Below, piece by piece: positions 8,358 to 18,881 of a stretch of 64,000 nt of DNA (within the stretch, counting starts at the first letter, position 1; each line of letters starts with the position of its first letter). This DNA is from Clostridia bacterium. GTDB lineage: Bacteria; Bacillota; Clostridia; TANB77; CAG-508. The DNA lies in contig JAFXPH010000002.1 in NCBI GenBank assembly GCA_017528085.1, forward strand, positions 145,071 through 209,070. Reading direction: 5' to 3'. The notes beneath the pieces are model-generated. The model was not told where the DNA came from and did no database searches. It worked only from the letters and a program-made list of their open reading frames with translations. The position numbers were made by a program, and so were the translations under genes.

Positions 8358-10706
8358 TTAAAGTATCATATTTTCAGTTTCATCAGTGCTTTTTTTCTTA
8401 TCTGGATTCTTCTCTTCTTCTGTTTCTATTATTGTGCTTTTAGCATTTTCTACATCTGAAAAGCCAATTTCATCTGCACTTAAATCAATTAATCCATCAA
8501 AGAAATCTTGATGTAGCCTAGAAGGAAGCTTTCTTATTGTCTCTTCTAATTCTTCAAGTTCTTGATTTTTAGAAGCGAGTGCTGCCATAGCAGGCTGAGC
8601 ATCTAATAAATTTGCCATATAAGACCCATAAAAACTTTTTTTAATCATATCTTTTTTCATGTCAAAGACATGGGCTGCAAGTGAGTCTTTCTTTTCTTCA
8701 TCTATTTTATAAAGCTGATCAAATAGTTCTTCTATGATGGCATCTGTAAATCTTTTATCTAAACTATATGAAAAGTTTCTCATTGCATCTAAGTCGTCAT
8801 ATAACTTTTGAAATAATATTCCTTTTTTAGGCCTTGTTACTTCACCTTGGGATTCATCTTTTCTAAATACATATTCTCCACTATCTACTGCTTTTCCTAA
8901 AGAGTAAAATGCTGTGTCAAATATAATTCTATTTGCTAAATAATCAAGTGAAAGTGGTACATTGTAGTTTTCATCTTCCCACAAAAAACCACCAGATAAT
9001 ACTTCAACTTTATCAAGTACTGTATCTCTATCAATTTTTATTTTGCTTGTCTTTCCATCTTTAGTGATAGTAAATATACCTTTTTCATCATCTTCTTTTC
9101 TAACATCTATTCCATTTTGGAAATTGCTTGCTCTTGATTCTTCATCACCTTCTAAAGAGATTTCTGAAACAGATGCATTTTCAAAATCATTTATTATTAG
9201 TACTCTTTTATCATCACGAACACCAGCATAAATAGCTGAATCGCCAAATGCATCAAGTCTTATAGGTACATAATCTAAAAGTGAATCAGACTCCTGGTAT
9301 TCTCTTTCTAATAATGAGTAAGATGCTAGTGTTGGAAAAATAGCTTTTGTAAACTCTGATACTTTTTCACTATTTGTCATAGTATAGATTTTATTACTTA
9401 CTGCTTGAGATGCAATTTTTGTTAAAAGCCCTTTATCTACTCTTTCAGATTGAGCAATTATTGCAGCCAAACTTTTTAAAAATGTACTATCGTTTACAAA
9501 TGAGCCATTAATAAAATCATCTCTAATAGATTTTGCTTTATCTAATAGTACTGACGCTTGAAGTGCTGCTGCATTATATTCATATAATTCATATTGATAT
9601 ATTTTAGATGTATCAAATGGGACATAGCTTTCTATTCTATATGGTAGAATTTTAACAATTTCACCATCTTCATTTCGTTCAGCTGTTTTTATAAACTCTC
9701 TAGCAAAATGACTTGTAAGTTGACTCATAACATGTTCTTTATATCTTACAGGGTCCACTTCTTTTCCCGGTATTTGAGATTTAAAGAATGAATTTTCAAA
9801 AAAGTTATCTGCAATTTTTCTAAACAGGTCAACTGGTTGTATTTCAGCTGCTGGTATATCTGTATATAAAGAAGCTACAACAGGCATAACATCTTTAAAA
9901 AAGCCATCTATATCTAATCTTCCGCCTTTAAAGTAAGCTTGGTTTTCACACTTTAATTTCATGTAATCTACATAGTGGTCAACTAAAGCTAGTTGTCCTC
10001 TTTTTAATGCTTCTTTTCTTTCTTCTACTGAATATAAAGTACCATCTTCTTTTTCGCCAAAAGCTATATCAAAGTCTTTCTTCATAGCTGAGGCTCTTTT
10101 CCTTGCATTATCAGAATCTTTACAATTTAAAGAAGATTTCATCAAGTTTTCAAAATAATTTAAACCATTACCTGTTAAATATGCAATAATGAAACTATCT
10201 CCAAACATCTTATGAGCCATCCTTGAAGTATTTACTTCACTTACATATGAATCAGTTTGAGTTTCATTATTAACAAGCATTGATAAATATTCTGTAATAC
10301 CTTCTCCAAAGAATGGTCCAAATCCACCATAACCATTATTCATAAGCGCAGCTAAAGCATGAATAGTTTCATGAGTACCTGTTCCTTTATATCTTTTTAC
10401 TATTTCAGGATCATCAGATTTTCTTATAGTTATGCTTTGTTTAATAGTGCCATTTTCGGCAAATTTTTTATGGAATCCAAGTACATTTGGATTATCTTTA
10501 AAATATTGTTCTTTGCTTTCATCAACAACTTCATAGATAAGACTTCTAGCTAAACTACTTACTTTAGAGTTCCTTATGAATCTTGTAAAATTTCTATCAT
10601 CCATCATGTTTAGGATATTATAAAAGATTCCTTGTAGCTCATCTATTAAGTCGCTATCTACATTTCTATTTTCACTTAAACTTTTTCTAATAAATTCTAA
10701 TTCCAT
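8358..10706 (-). CDS. large cytoplasmic HExxH (zincin-like) protein, paralogue A of a tandem triplet
   Basis: 782 aa, no signal peptide. Conserved N-terminal module NFTRFIRNS...THETIHALAALMNNGYGGFGPFFGEGITEYL, i.e. HExxH plus a downstream Glu. Shares the motifs YFKGGRLDIDGFFKDVMP and others with the next two genes. Confidence 0.6.
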   Translation of the reverse strand: MELEFIRKSLSENRNVDSDLIDELQGIFYNILNMMDDRNFTRFIRNSKVSSLARSLIYEVVDESKEQYFKDNPNVLGFHKKFAENGTIKQSITIRKSDDPEIVKRYKGTGTHETIHALAALMNNGYGGFGPFFGEGITEYLSMLVNNETQTDSYVSEVNTSRMAHKMFGDSFIIAYLTGNGLNYFENLMKSSLNCKDSDNARKRASAMKKDFDIAFGEKEDGTLYSVEERKEALKRGQLALVDHYVDYMKLKCENQAYFKGGRLDIDGFFKDVMPVVASLYTDIPAAEIQPVDLFRKIADNFFENSFFKSQIPGKEVDPVRYKEHVMSQLTSHFAREFIKTAERNEDGEIVKILPYRIESYVPFDTSKIYQYELYEYNAAALQASVLLDKAKSIRDDFINGSFVNDSTFLKSLAAIIAQSERVDKGLLTKIASQAVSNKIYTMTNSEKVSEFTKAIFPTLASYSLLEREYQESDSLLDYVPIRLDAFGDSAIYAGVRDDKRVLIINDFENASVSEISLEGDEESRASNFQNGIDVRKEDDEKGIFTITKDGKTSKIKIDRDTVLDKVEVLSGGFLWEDENYNVPLSLDYLANRIIFDTAFYSLGKAVDSGEYVFRKDESQGEVTRPKKGILFQKLYDDLDAMRNFSYSLDKRFTDAIIEELFDQLYKIDEEKKDSLAAHVFDMKKDMIKKSFYGSYMANLLDAQPAMAALASKNQELEELEETIRKLPSRLHQDFFDGLIDLSADEIGFSDVENAKSTIIETEEEKNPDKKKSTDETENMIL

Positions 10707-10723
10707 TTAAGTTCCTTTAAATA

Positions 10724-13135
10724 CTATTTTGTAGTATCATCTTTTTCTTCTTTATCTTTATCTGTTACTTCTTCTGTCATATCTTGGAATAAAGCCGCGA
10801 TATTACTTTGAGTAACTCTTTCTAATCCCATATTAACTAATCCTTCAAAGAAATCTCCTTCATATGATTTTTCTTCAGTCTTTTCAATTGCCTTATTTAA
10901 AAAATACATATTTTCAGTAAGACGAACACTATCTTCATCAAGTGATGCGAGGATTGGCTCAATATCTCCTCCTAAGAAAAGAGTATTTACACTTCTTAGA
11001 GCAAACTCTTTTGCTTTTTGATTTAGCATCATATATTCATCTAGTTTTTTACGTTCTTCTGTTTTCTTATCCGTGAATAATTCTCGTGCTTTTTCTATAT
11101 CTACAGGATAAATTCTGTCAAACATTTCATCTATAAATTCATCTAATTTTAGTCTATTTACATCATATCCAAATGCTTCACATGCTATAAAGTATTCTTG
11201 TACTAAAGTTTTATAATCAATTACACTTACTTTTTGGCCGTATTTAGTAAGTTTTTTAGAAGTAGATACATATCTATCCTCACTTATTCCTTGACTAAAT
11301 TCGTAGTTGAAGACATTTGAATAGACTTCATTTTTAAGTTCTAATTCATCCATCTTATAAAATTCTTCACTTGGAGCACTTTCAGTTGTATCTGGTTCTC
11401 CATCTTCAATAAATGCTCCGCCTTTAATCTGAGTTACAAATGATGTACCTCTATCTAAAACTAGTTCTGATCTATCAGTATCATTTGATATTACTATACT
11501 ACTTTGAGTTCCTTCAATTCTGTATTTAATATCAAATCCTAAATCCATTTGATTTAGTTTTTCTTCTTGAGTTCCTTCTAAGCCTATTTCTTCTACAGTA
11601 TTATCTTTAATAGATTGAACAATTAATACTCTCTTTCCATCTTTTAGACCATAGAACAAGAACTTTCCAGGCATAGAATCAAGTCTTATTTTTCTAAGTT
11701 CTAAGAAGTTAGATTTTTCTTTATATTCATCATCTAAGAAACTAAAGTTGCTTACCGTAGGGATTAATTTAGAGGCAAAACCTTTAAATTTATCCTTATC
11801 AAATGAATACATTCTATCTACAACGCCTGGTAAAATATCTCTATCAAAATCTTCTCTAGGGTCGGTTTCTCTTTTTAATTTAACTAAGCTTTGAAATGCA
11901 ACTCTATAGTTTACTCTACCAGTTCTAGCTATAATTCTTTCTAGATTTTTTGAAAATACTTCTGCTTGTCTTTTTGTTAAATCACCATGTGATTCTACAA
12001 ATGCGATGTTAAAATCTTCTCTATCAAATTTTTCAAAATCCATTTTCATAAGTTCATAGTATGTATCAGGGGCATTAGACAAAATCTTATTAAAATGATT
12101 TTTCATTAAGAGTAATACATTTTCTTTAATTTTAGAATCATCTAATTCTTCAAATTTAGTATTAAAATATGAATGCTCAATAAGTTCTCTTGATAGTTCT
12201 TCAAACATCTCTATAGCAGTCATACCTAAATCTTTATTATCGGCACCTACTGGTTCATATCCAGCTTCTGCTATCAATACTTTAGGTAACATGTCTTTAA
12301 AGAATTTATCAAAGTCAATTTTTCCATTTGTAAAGTATTCTTGATTTCTTATTTTACTTTTAGCATATTCCATGAAGTTTTCTCTTAGAAGCTGTCTACC
12401 TTTACTTAAGTATTCATATGCTTTTTTAACTTCTAAAGCTTCTTTCTCACTATCTTTTTTACTACCGTCATCATCATCTTTATAGTAAGTTAAGTGAAAG
12501 TTTTCTAAGTACTCTTCTGCCATTTGATGCATATATGTATCTCTTCTAAATTGTTCTGGATCATCTAAATCGATTAATGAATAATCAAAGAAGAACTCTC
12601 CTCTACCTGTAAGGTAAGAACAAATAAAAGAATCTCCATATAAAAGATGAGTAGCAAGAACTGTTATAACATTTTGTCTATATGATGCATCTTTTAAATC
12701 TAATTTATTCGTTAAATATGATAGATACTCAGTTATTCCTTCTCCAAAGAATCTACTAAATCCACCGAAAGCATTTTTCCTTCTTTCAGCTAATGCGTGA
12801 ATTGTCTCATGAACTGATACTCTTAGAAATTTTTTTATAGTTTCAGCATTTTCTTTCCTAATTACTATTTCTTCACCAGAATTATCATCTTTTACTCTAT
12901 GATATCCAGCAACACTTTTATGAGATTTTAAATATTCATCTTCTTCACCCAAAACACTTTTATAAATTAAGTTTTTAGCTACATAAGTAATATCCCTACT
13001 TCTAACCCATCTTCTAAAATTCTTATTATTTAAATATCTCAAAAGATCATTAAAAGTATGATTTACAGCATCTTTTATGGATTCATCTATTAAATTATTT
13101 TCTTGAATATCTTTTAATAAATCAAGCTTTTCCAT
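10724..13135 (-). CDS. large cytoplasmic HExxH (zincin-like) protein, paralogue B
   Basis: 803 aa; NFRRWVRS...VHETIHALAERRKNAFGGFSRFFGEGITEYL. Collinear with paralogues A and C. Confidence 0.6.
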   Translation of the reverse strand: MEKLDLLKDIQENNLIDESIKDAVNHTFNDLLRYLNNKNFRRWVRSRDITYVAKNLIYKSVLGEEDEYLKSHKSVAGYHRVKDDNSGEEIVIRKENAETIKKFLRVSVHETIHALAERRKNAFGGFSRFFGEGITEYLSYLTNKLDLKDASYRQNVITVLATHLLYGDSFICSYLTGRGEFFFDYSLIDLDDPEQFRRDTYMHQMAEEYLENFHLTYYKDDDDGSKKDSEKEALEVKKAYEYLSKGRQLLRENFMEYAKSKIRNQEYFTNGKIDFDKFFKDMLPKVLIAEAGYEPVGADNKDLGMTAIEMFEELSRELIEHSYFNTKFEELDDSKIKENVLLLMKNHFNKILSNAPDTYYELMKMDFEKFDREDFNIAFVESHGDLTKRQAEVFSKNLERIIARTGRVNYRVAFQSLVKLKRETDPREDFDRDILPGVVDRMYSFDKDKFKGFASKLIPTVSNFSFLDDEYKEKSNFLELRKIRLDSMPGKFLFYGLKDGKRVLIVQSIKDNTVEEIGLEGTQEEKLNQMDLGFDIKYRIEGTQSSIVISNDTDRSELVLDRGTSFVTQIKGGAFIEDGEPDTTESAPSEEFYKMDELELKNEVYSNVFNYEFSQGISEDRYVSTSKKLTKYGQKVSVIDYKTLVQEYFIACEAFGYDVNRLKLDEFIDEMFDRIYPVDIEKARELFTDKKTEERKKLDEYMMLNQKAKEFALRSVNTLFLGGDIEPILASLDEDSVRLTENMYFLNKAIEKTEEKSYEGDFFEGLVNMGLERVTQSNIAALFQDMTEEVTDKDKEEKDDTTK

Positions 13136-13151
13136 TTTGCTCCTTTAAAAA

Positions 13152-15512
13152 TTAAATCTCATCATAATCAGAAAAGTCTGGTAAATCTCTTTGTCTTTCC
13201 TGATTCCTTTTAATTCTTTTTCCACGTTCAGATTCTAGACTGTCTTCTTTAGCAAGTTCATCTAACATCTCTTCATCGATAATGTATGGATATAATGCTC
13301 TACAAGTACATCTTATCTTACTTTCTAAACTTCTAAATCTTTCTAATTTAACACTATCTACTGGAAGAGTTTTATTTTTACTTTTAGCTACTTCTTCAAT
13401 TAAGTCCATCATTACTCTTGCCATATTGCCTTTTAAGTTTGAATAGTCAGTAGTAATTTCTTCAACATCTTCAGCTTCTTCTTCATTTAATATATCTTTA
13501 TATCTTACATCTGGGAAACCATATACTTTATCAATAACTTCTTTGCAAAGAAGTCTTGTTTGAAGAGCATTTTTTATTCCAAATAGTGAATACAAGTTTC
13601 CAGCATCTTCTGCAAATGTTCTAACATCAAGTACTCTTTTACCAAACTTAGAAGTTTTTCTTCCATGTTTTTCATAATTACCTTCTTCTAGATTTTTTCT
13701 AAGTTCAGTATGAACAGCTTCTAGTAGTACTGTCTTTTTGATAATATCAAAATCTTTTGACTGAAGTGCTACTGGCTCCTTATATGGATATTCAGTAGCA
13801 AGTGGCATATGACTATCTTTATCAAATATAATATTTGACCTAGTAGTTCCAACTCTAATGGATTTTACTTCAGCTACATCTTTAAGTGGCATTAGTGACT
13901 CACTTTCAGGTACAAATAGTTTTGATACAATTATTCCATTTGAGTTATTCTTTCTTATACTCATAGCAGAACCATCTAGTGGAACTTCCTTTATAAATCC
14001 TGTTTCAGGATTAAACGTTAAAACTAGATTTGAATCATCTTTTCTAAGTAAGAAACATATTTGATCAGGGAAACAATCTAGTTTAATTCTTCCTATATCT
14101 AAATCTGCAGATTCGTTTTGATATTTTTCTTCAATTAGTGATAATATTGCAAATGAATTTATCAAAGGACTTGAATGACTTTTAAATTGTCTTGGACTAT
14201 CTGAATAGTCTAGTGCAACTGATGAAAGTAAGTTTTGGAAATCAATATCAGAAAGTGTTCCATTTACTTTTATCTTTCCAAGTACTTCAAATATTTTTGA
14301 GTAATCAATTTCTCCATCTTCATCTTCTATGTAATCTCGCTCTAAAGACACTACTAATTGTTTAGATTCAGAGCTTCTATTTAAGTTTTCATAGAATCTA
14401 TCAGATTGATTAAACTCTGGAAAGTCTTCATCACGAAGTTCTCCATGTCTTCCAAAATTACTTGAAACTTTATTAATATAACCGTTTACATCATTAATTA
14501 TTCTTCTTCCAACTTCACCTATTTGTGATTCTGGTACATCAACTAATAGATGTGATCTTTCAATTAAATGTTTTGTAAAGTCTGCAAGCATAGTAGATAC
14601 TTCTTTTTTAGATAGTTTCCATGTCTTAGATAATTCTAATGCAACAGGAAGTGTATCTTTTACAAAAAGTCTAAAATCGACTTTCCCATCCTTATAGTAT
14701 CTTAAAGACTCTATTCTTGATTTTTCATACTCTTTATAAAGTGTTAAGATTCTATCTCTACCATCTTGAAGTAAATCTTCATTTGATTTATCTTCCATTG
14801 TCTTTTGATGATCATCATCATGAACTCTACCATGTAGTTCTTCAAATTCTTCATCCATTATTTCGATAGATTCAACTAAATCATCGTAAAGACCCTTAGG
14901 ATTATTAGAGTGCTTACTTGCAATTTTAGCCATATCTCTAAAGAAATGATTTCCTTTACCTGTTAAGTAATAACATATAAATCTATCTCCAAACATCTTA
15001 TGAACAAGTCTTACTGTATCTACATTATCTTTATAAGATGTATAGTTTCTGAATTTAACAAGTTGAGTTAGATATTCTGTAATACCTTCTCCAAAGAATC
15101 TCTTAAATCCTCCATAGCCATCTTTCATAGCACGTGCTAAGGCATGAATAGTCTCGTGAGTATCTACTCTACTTTTTTCATCTAAATCTCTTGTGTATCT
15201 TACAACGATTCTATCTTTAGCAGACGCATCATCACCTTCAGTTGTATGATATCCAGCAACATCAGGATTATTCTTTAGATACTCATCTTCTGTATCTCCT
15301 GCATACTTATATATTAAATTTCTTGCTAAAGCAGATATGTGATTTGACCTTACCCATCTTCTAAAATTCTTATAACCTAAAAAATCTAAGATTTCTCCAA
15401 AAGTATCTTTAATCTCATCTTTTAAAGGTTCTTCGATGTCATCATTTTGGTCAATATATCTACTTATTAGATCATTTTCCATCTTTAGTCCTTTTACCCT
15501 TAAAAAGGGCAT
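13152..15512 (-). CDS. large cytoplasmic HExxH (zincin-like) protein, paralogue C
   Basis: 786 aa; NFRRWVRS...THETIHALARAMKDGYGGFKRFFGEGITEYL. First gene of the apparent three-gene operon. Confidence 0.6.
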   Translation of the reverse strand: MPFLRVKGLKMENDLISRYIDQNDDIEEPLKDEIKDTFGEILDFLGYKNFRRWVRSNHISALARNLIYKYAGDTEDEYLKNNPDVAGYHTTEGDDASAKDRIVVRYTRDLDEKSRVDTHETIHALARAMKDGYGGFKRFFGEGITEYLTQLVKFRNYTSYKDNVDTVRLVHKMFGDRFICYYLTGKGNHFFRDMAKIASKHSNNPKGLYDDLVESIEIMDEEFEELHGRVHDDDHQKTMEDKSNEDLLQDGRDRILTLYKEYEKSRIESLRYYKDGKVDFRLFVKDTLPVALELSKTWKLSKKEVSTMLADFTKHLIERSHLLVDVPESQIGEVGRRIINDVNGYINKVSSNFGRHGELRDEDFPEFNQSDRFYENLNRSSESKQLVVSLERDYIEDEDGEIDYSKIFEVLGKIKVNGTLSDIDFQNLLSSVALDYSDSPRQFKSHSSPLINSFAILSLIEEKYQNESADLDIGRIKLDCFPDQICFLLRKDDSNLVLTFNPETGFIKEVPLDGSAMSIRKNNSNGIIVSKLFVPESESLMPLKDVAEVKSIRVGTTRSNIIFDKDSHMPLATEYPYKEPVALQSKDFDIIKKTVLLEAVHTELRKNLEEGNYEKHGRKTSKFGKRVLDVRTFAEDAGNLYSLFGIKNALQTRLLCKEVIDKVYGFPDVRYKDILNEEEAEDVEEITTDYSNLKGNMARVMMDLIEEVAKSKNKTLPVDSVKLERFRSLESKIRCTCRALYPYIIDEEMLDELAKEDSLESERGKRIKRNQERQRDLPDFSDYDEI

Positions 15513-15596
15513 AATTTTCCTTCTAATTTTACAATTAAATTATATGTTTAAAGCCTAAAATTTACTATAACAAGCAGTTTAAATTTTGATAACAAA

Positions 15597-15631
15597 AAAG
15601 CAAGTATTACTTAATTTTGTAATACTTGCTT
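15597..15631 (-). terminator. rho-independent terminator after the 15655..16089 gene
   Basis: Perfect 13-bp stem AAGCAAGTATTAC/GTAATACTTGCTT, followed on the minus strand by TTTTTTGTTATC. Confidence 0.6.
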
Positions 15632-15654
15632 AAACATTTTATTAGATATTATAA

Positions 15655-16089
15655 CTATTTATTTTTCTTCTTTCTCACTTTATTAATTACCTTGCAAATA
15701 ACCATTATAACTAATACTATAGCTAAATAAAAAACATATAACTTTAATACTACTTTAGTGTTAACATCTTTTAGCATAATTTTTTCAGGACTGTCTTCCA
15801 TATAATTTACTTTTATATCGAACTTAAAATTTTTAACCAGTGCCATATCTGAAGTAACTTCAGCTAAAGCTTTATACTCTTTCCCATCTACAGAATACGT
15901 AATATCTGCAGGATAGTATTTAACAATTAATCTATTTCTAGTAGGCCTTGTATTTACTAATACTAGATTGCCAGTAGTTTCTCCTTTATACTTTCTTCCT
16001 TGCAGTACTGTAAACTTTGGATCTGCAAATACTATTCCTACAAGTAGTATTAAAATAAATAGGAAAATTATTTTCTTCACTTTATTCAT
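15655..16089 (-). CDS. small bitopic membrane protein, hypothetical
   Basis: N-terminal signal/TM (IIFLFILILLVGIVFA) and C-terminal TM (VFYLAIVLVIMVIC) with a basic tail. Sits immediately downstream of yvcK. Confidence 0.45.
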   Translation of the reverse strand: MNKVKKIIFLFILILLVGIVFADPKFTVLQGRKYKGETTGNLVLVNTRPTRNRLIVKYYPADITYSVDGKEYKALAEVTSDMALVKNFKFDIKVNYMEDSPEKIMLKDVNTKVVLKLYVFYLAIVLVIMVICKVINKVRKKKNK

Positions 16090-16104
16090 AATTGCTCCTT
16101 AAAA

Positions 16105-17058
16105 CTACCTCATAAGGTATGAGAATATCATTGAGCTAATCTTCATAGAGTTATGTTTAATAGTTCCATCTTCTGTAGTAACTAAGTCTGATTCAATAAG
16201 TTCATATGGCTTACCTTTAATATTTTCATAATCTATTTTAACTGGGTCTTTTTGCTCTTTTACTAAATATCTTTCTATCATTTCGTCTGATATTTGAGCA
16301 TTATTTGCAATTACGACATCAATTGCACCTTCTCCTAGATACTGTTCTAAGCATTTAATATGATCTGAAACACCAAATCCTTCAGTTTCTCCTGGTTGTG
16401 TCATTAGGTTACAAATGTACATAAGTTTTGCATCTGAATCATTAATAGCTTTAACCATATCTTCATCTATGATGTGTGGTAAGACAGATGTATAAAGTGA
16501 ACCAGTAGATAGTACTATTAAGTCTGCTTCTCTTAATGCTTTAAATACTTCAGGAAGTATTGTAGGTTTTTCTTTATAGAAAAGTCTTTTATACTTTTTA
16601 TGTGCATAAGTAATTTCTTCTTCACCTTCTACTATTTCACCATCAGTTGTTTCTGCCATTAGAGTTAAACAGTCTTCTGAAATTGGAAGTACTGTTTGTT
16701 TAACATCTAGAAGCTTACTCATATATTCAATACTTGTTTTTAATGATCCAGTCTCTTGAATTAATTTTGTAAGCATTAGATTACCTAAAGCATGACCATC
16801 AAGCTCACCTTTTGCTTCCATTCTATATTCCATAATATCTCTTATTGGATTTGGAAGTGTTGATAGGTTAGATAATACTTTTCTTATATCTCCAACAGCT
16901 GGAGTAGAAAATTCTTTTCTTAATCTTCCAGTACTAGATCCATTATCTGATACAGTAATAACACAAGTTAGATCAACTGGGAAATATTTAAGTCCTCTTG
17001 CTATATAACTTGTTCCTGTTCCACCACCTAAAATTACTACCTTCTTATTTTCTTGCAT
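16105..17058 (-). CDS. yvcK: gluconeogenesis factor YvcK (UPF0052/CofD-like family)
   Basis: VVILGGGTGTSYIARGLKYFPVDLTCVITVSDNGSSTGRLR is the hallmark N-terminus of YvcK. RBS AAAGGAGA lies upstream of the ATG. Confidence 0.8.
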   Translation of the reverse strand: MQENKKVVILGGGTGTSYIARGLKYFPVDLTCVITVSDNGSSTGRLRKEFSTPAVGDIRKVLSNLSTLPNPIRDIMEYRMEAKGELDGHALGNLMLTKLIQETGSLKTSIEYMSKLLDVKQTVLPISEDCLTLMAETTDGEIVEGEEEITYAHKKYKRLFYKEKPTILPEVFKALREADLIVLSTGSLYTSVLPHIIDEDMVKAINDSDAKLMYICNLMTQPGETEGFGVSDHIKCLEQYLGEGAIDVVIANNAQISDEMIERYLVKEQKDPVKIDYENIKGKPYELIESDLVTTEDGTIKHNSMKISSMIFSYLMR

Positions 17059-17114
17059 AGAAATCTCCTTTTCTTTAATTGCTTTCCAATACTAATATAT
17101 AATATTCCTTTAAA

Positions 17115-17143
17115 AAAAGCTATCTTTAAAGTAAAGATAGCTT
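17115..17143 (-). terminator. rho-independent terminator after 17159..17653
   Basis: Stem AAAGCTATCTTTA/TAAAGATAGCTTT followed by TTTTTTTAAAGG on the minus strand. Confidence 0.55.
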
Positions 17144-17158
17144 TAATTCCTTTATCTT

Positions 17159-17653
17159 TTAACCAAATTGTTCTTCTTGATTTGCTTCCATAGATAGTTT
17201 TCTTGCTCTTTCTATCATGATTTTAGCATTTCTATCTCTAGTTCTTTGTAACATTTGTTCTTCGAAGCTAGAAAGTTCTCTGTTTCCAGCACTAATTTCA
17301 AAGAAAGCTGGTCCTTGTTCCATGTACTTAAGTACATTAAGTCTAACTCCCATTTCATCGCTTGGATAGATACTTGATGATTCTTTTAACATGTACGCAA
17401 CACTTTTAATAGATTTACCTTCTTTTAATGCTTTCATAATATAAATTGACTCAGGAATATCTCTTCCGTTTTTAAAAGAATCTGTAGCACTTGCACTTAC
17501 GTCTAATTTCCATTCTGTTTGAAGCTCCGGCATTACTAAATCTTCTCCTGCTTTAATCCATTGTGGAATCATGCTTGTTGCACCTGTAGCAACTTTTTCT
17601 TCCTTGAAATCAGAGTAATCGAACTTTCGAGGTTCGTCTCCTTCCATTGCCAT
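17159..17653 (-). CDS. hypothetical protein (no family recognised)
   Basis: 164-aa ORF with strong RBS AAGGAGG. Divergent from the XRE regulator gene. Confidence 0.5.
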   Translation of the reverse strand: MAMEGDEPRKFDYSDFKEEKVATGATSMIPQWIKAGEDLVMPELQTEWKLDVSASATDSFKNGRDIPESIYIMKALKEGKSIKSVAYMLKESSSIYPSDEMGVRLNVLKYMEQGPAFFEISAGNRELSSFEEQMLQRTRDRNAKIMIERARKLSMEANQEEQFG

Positions 17654-17832
17654 AAGCAGCGCCTCCTTAATTCAATTATTTAGGTCATTATATAAAACAT
17701 ATTCGAACATTTCAATTGTTTGGGCCAATTTTTCACAAAAAAAACACAAAACTTCTCGATATTTTGCCAAATGTTAAGTTTAGTTGACAAATTTATAAGG
17801 ATAATTGGTAGAGTTTACCTTGATATAATCTT

Positions 17833-17842
17833 ACAATTAAGA
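17833..17842 (+). promoter_or_regulatory. extended -10 promoter (TGaTATAAT) for the XRE regulator gene
   Basis: TTGATATAAT lies ~25 nt upstream of the ATG at 17868, with RBS AAAGGAGGA at 17851-17859. Confidence 0.4.
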
Positions 17843-17867
17843 TATAAAGATAAAGGAGGACAAAACT

Positions 17868-18836
17868 ATGGACTTTAGTGAAAAATTATTTGAATTAAGA
17901 AAGAAATCAGGTTTATCTCAAGAAGAACTTGCAGATAAAATTAATGTATCAAGACAAACTGTTTCAAAATGGGAAATGAATCAATCTTCTCCAGAGATGG
18001 ATAAACTAATTGCTCTATCTCAAATATTTAATACATCAATAGATGACTTAGTTGGAAATGAAAGATTAGAAGAAAATAAAGAAGAAGTAAATGATAATCA
18101 TACAGAAAATATGCATCCTAAAGCAAGAATGAGATATTTAGTTATAAGACTACTTTCAATAATACTAATCATTTACCTTTGTATTTCTTTATTTAAGTTT
18201 ATATTACTTACTCGTCAGTATCTAATTGCTAACAGTTTTGACGAGCCAAATTATAGTATGACACAAACTATTATTACTCATGATGATACTCTTCCAGAGA
18301 ATCCCTCATATTTAACAGTTTTTGTTGAAAAGATTGGAAATAGGTATTTAGAGACTCAGTATCCATCTCAAGTAGCTACAGGAAATCCTACAGTTATAAC
18401 TTACATTGATGCTGATAAAAAAGAGTCTTATGTTCTTTCATTAGATAAAGAAACAAATAAATATCATAAATTTGATGGATTTACATTTACAACAGATGAA
18501 GAAAAAGAAAATCATTATAAATACTATGGTTCTTCTGAACCACTTAAGAATTTATCAACTTTAGATTTAAAATTAAGAATTGGGTATTCTCTAAACCCAC
18601 TTGTATTTGTTAATCCATTTACTAAAACTACTATAGTTATTTCACCATTTACTGGAACTAGTAAATATGAGTACAATAGAGACTACTTAATGTCTAGAAT
18701 AACAATTAAACTATGGGGATCTAACAAAAACTCTGAATGGACAATTTCTTATAATTATGTCCTAGATCATTATGAAGGAAGAACTATAGAAGATCCTATA
18801 AAATCAGGTAAATATGAAATAATAAAAGATAACTAA
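17868..18836 (+). CDS. membrane-anchored XRE-family HTH transcriptional regulator
   Basis: N-terminal HTH LRKKSGLSQEELADKINVSRQTVSKWEMNQSSPEMDKLIALSQIF, then one TM segment (YLVIRLLSIILIIYLCISLFKFILL) and a ~200-aa extracytoplasmic domain. Confidence 0.7.
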   Translation: MDFSEKLFELRKKSGLSQEELADKINVSRQTVSKWEMNQSSPEMDKLIALSQIFNTSIDDLVGNERLEENKEEVNDNHTENMHPKARMRYLVIRLLSIILIIYLCISLFKFILLTRQYLIANSFDEPNYSMTQTIITHDDTLPENPSYLTVFVEKIGNRYLETQYPSQVATGNPTVITYIDADKKESYVLSLDKETNKYHKFDGFTFTTDEEKENHYKYYGSSEPLKNLSTLDLKLRIGYSLNPLVFVNPFTKTTIVISPFTGTSKYEYNRDYLMSRITIKLWGSNKNSEWTISYNYVLDHYEGRTIEDPIKSGKYEIIKDN

Positions 18837-18881
18837 TACAAAAAGGAGTTCAATCAATTTGAACTCCTTTTCTCTATTCTC

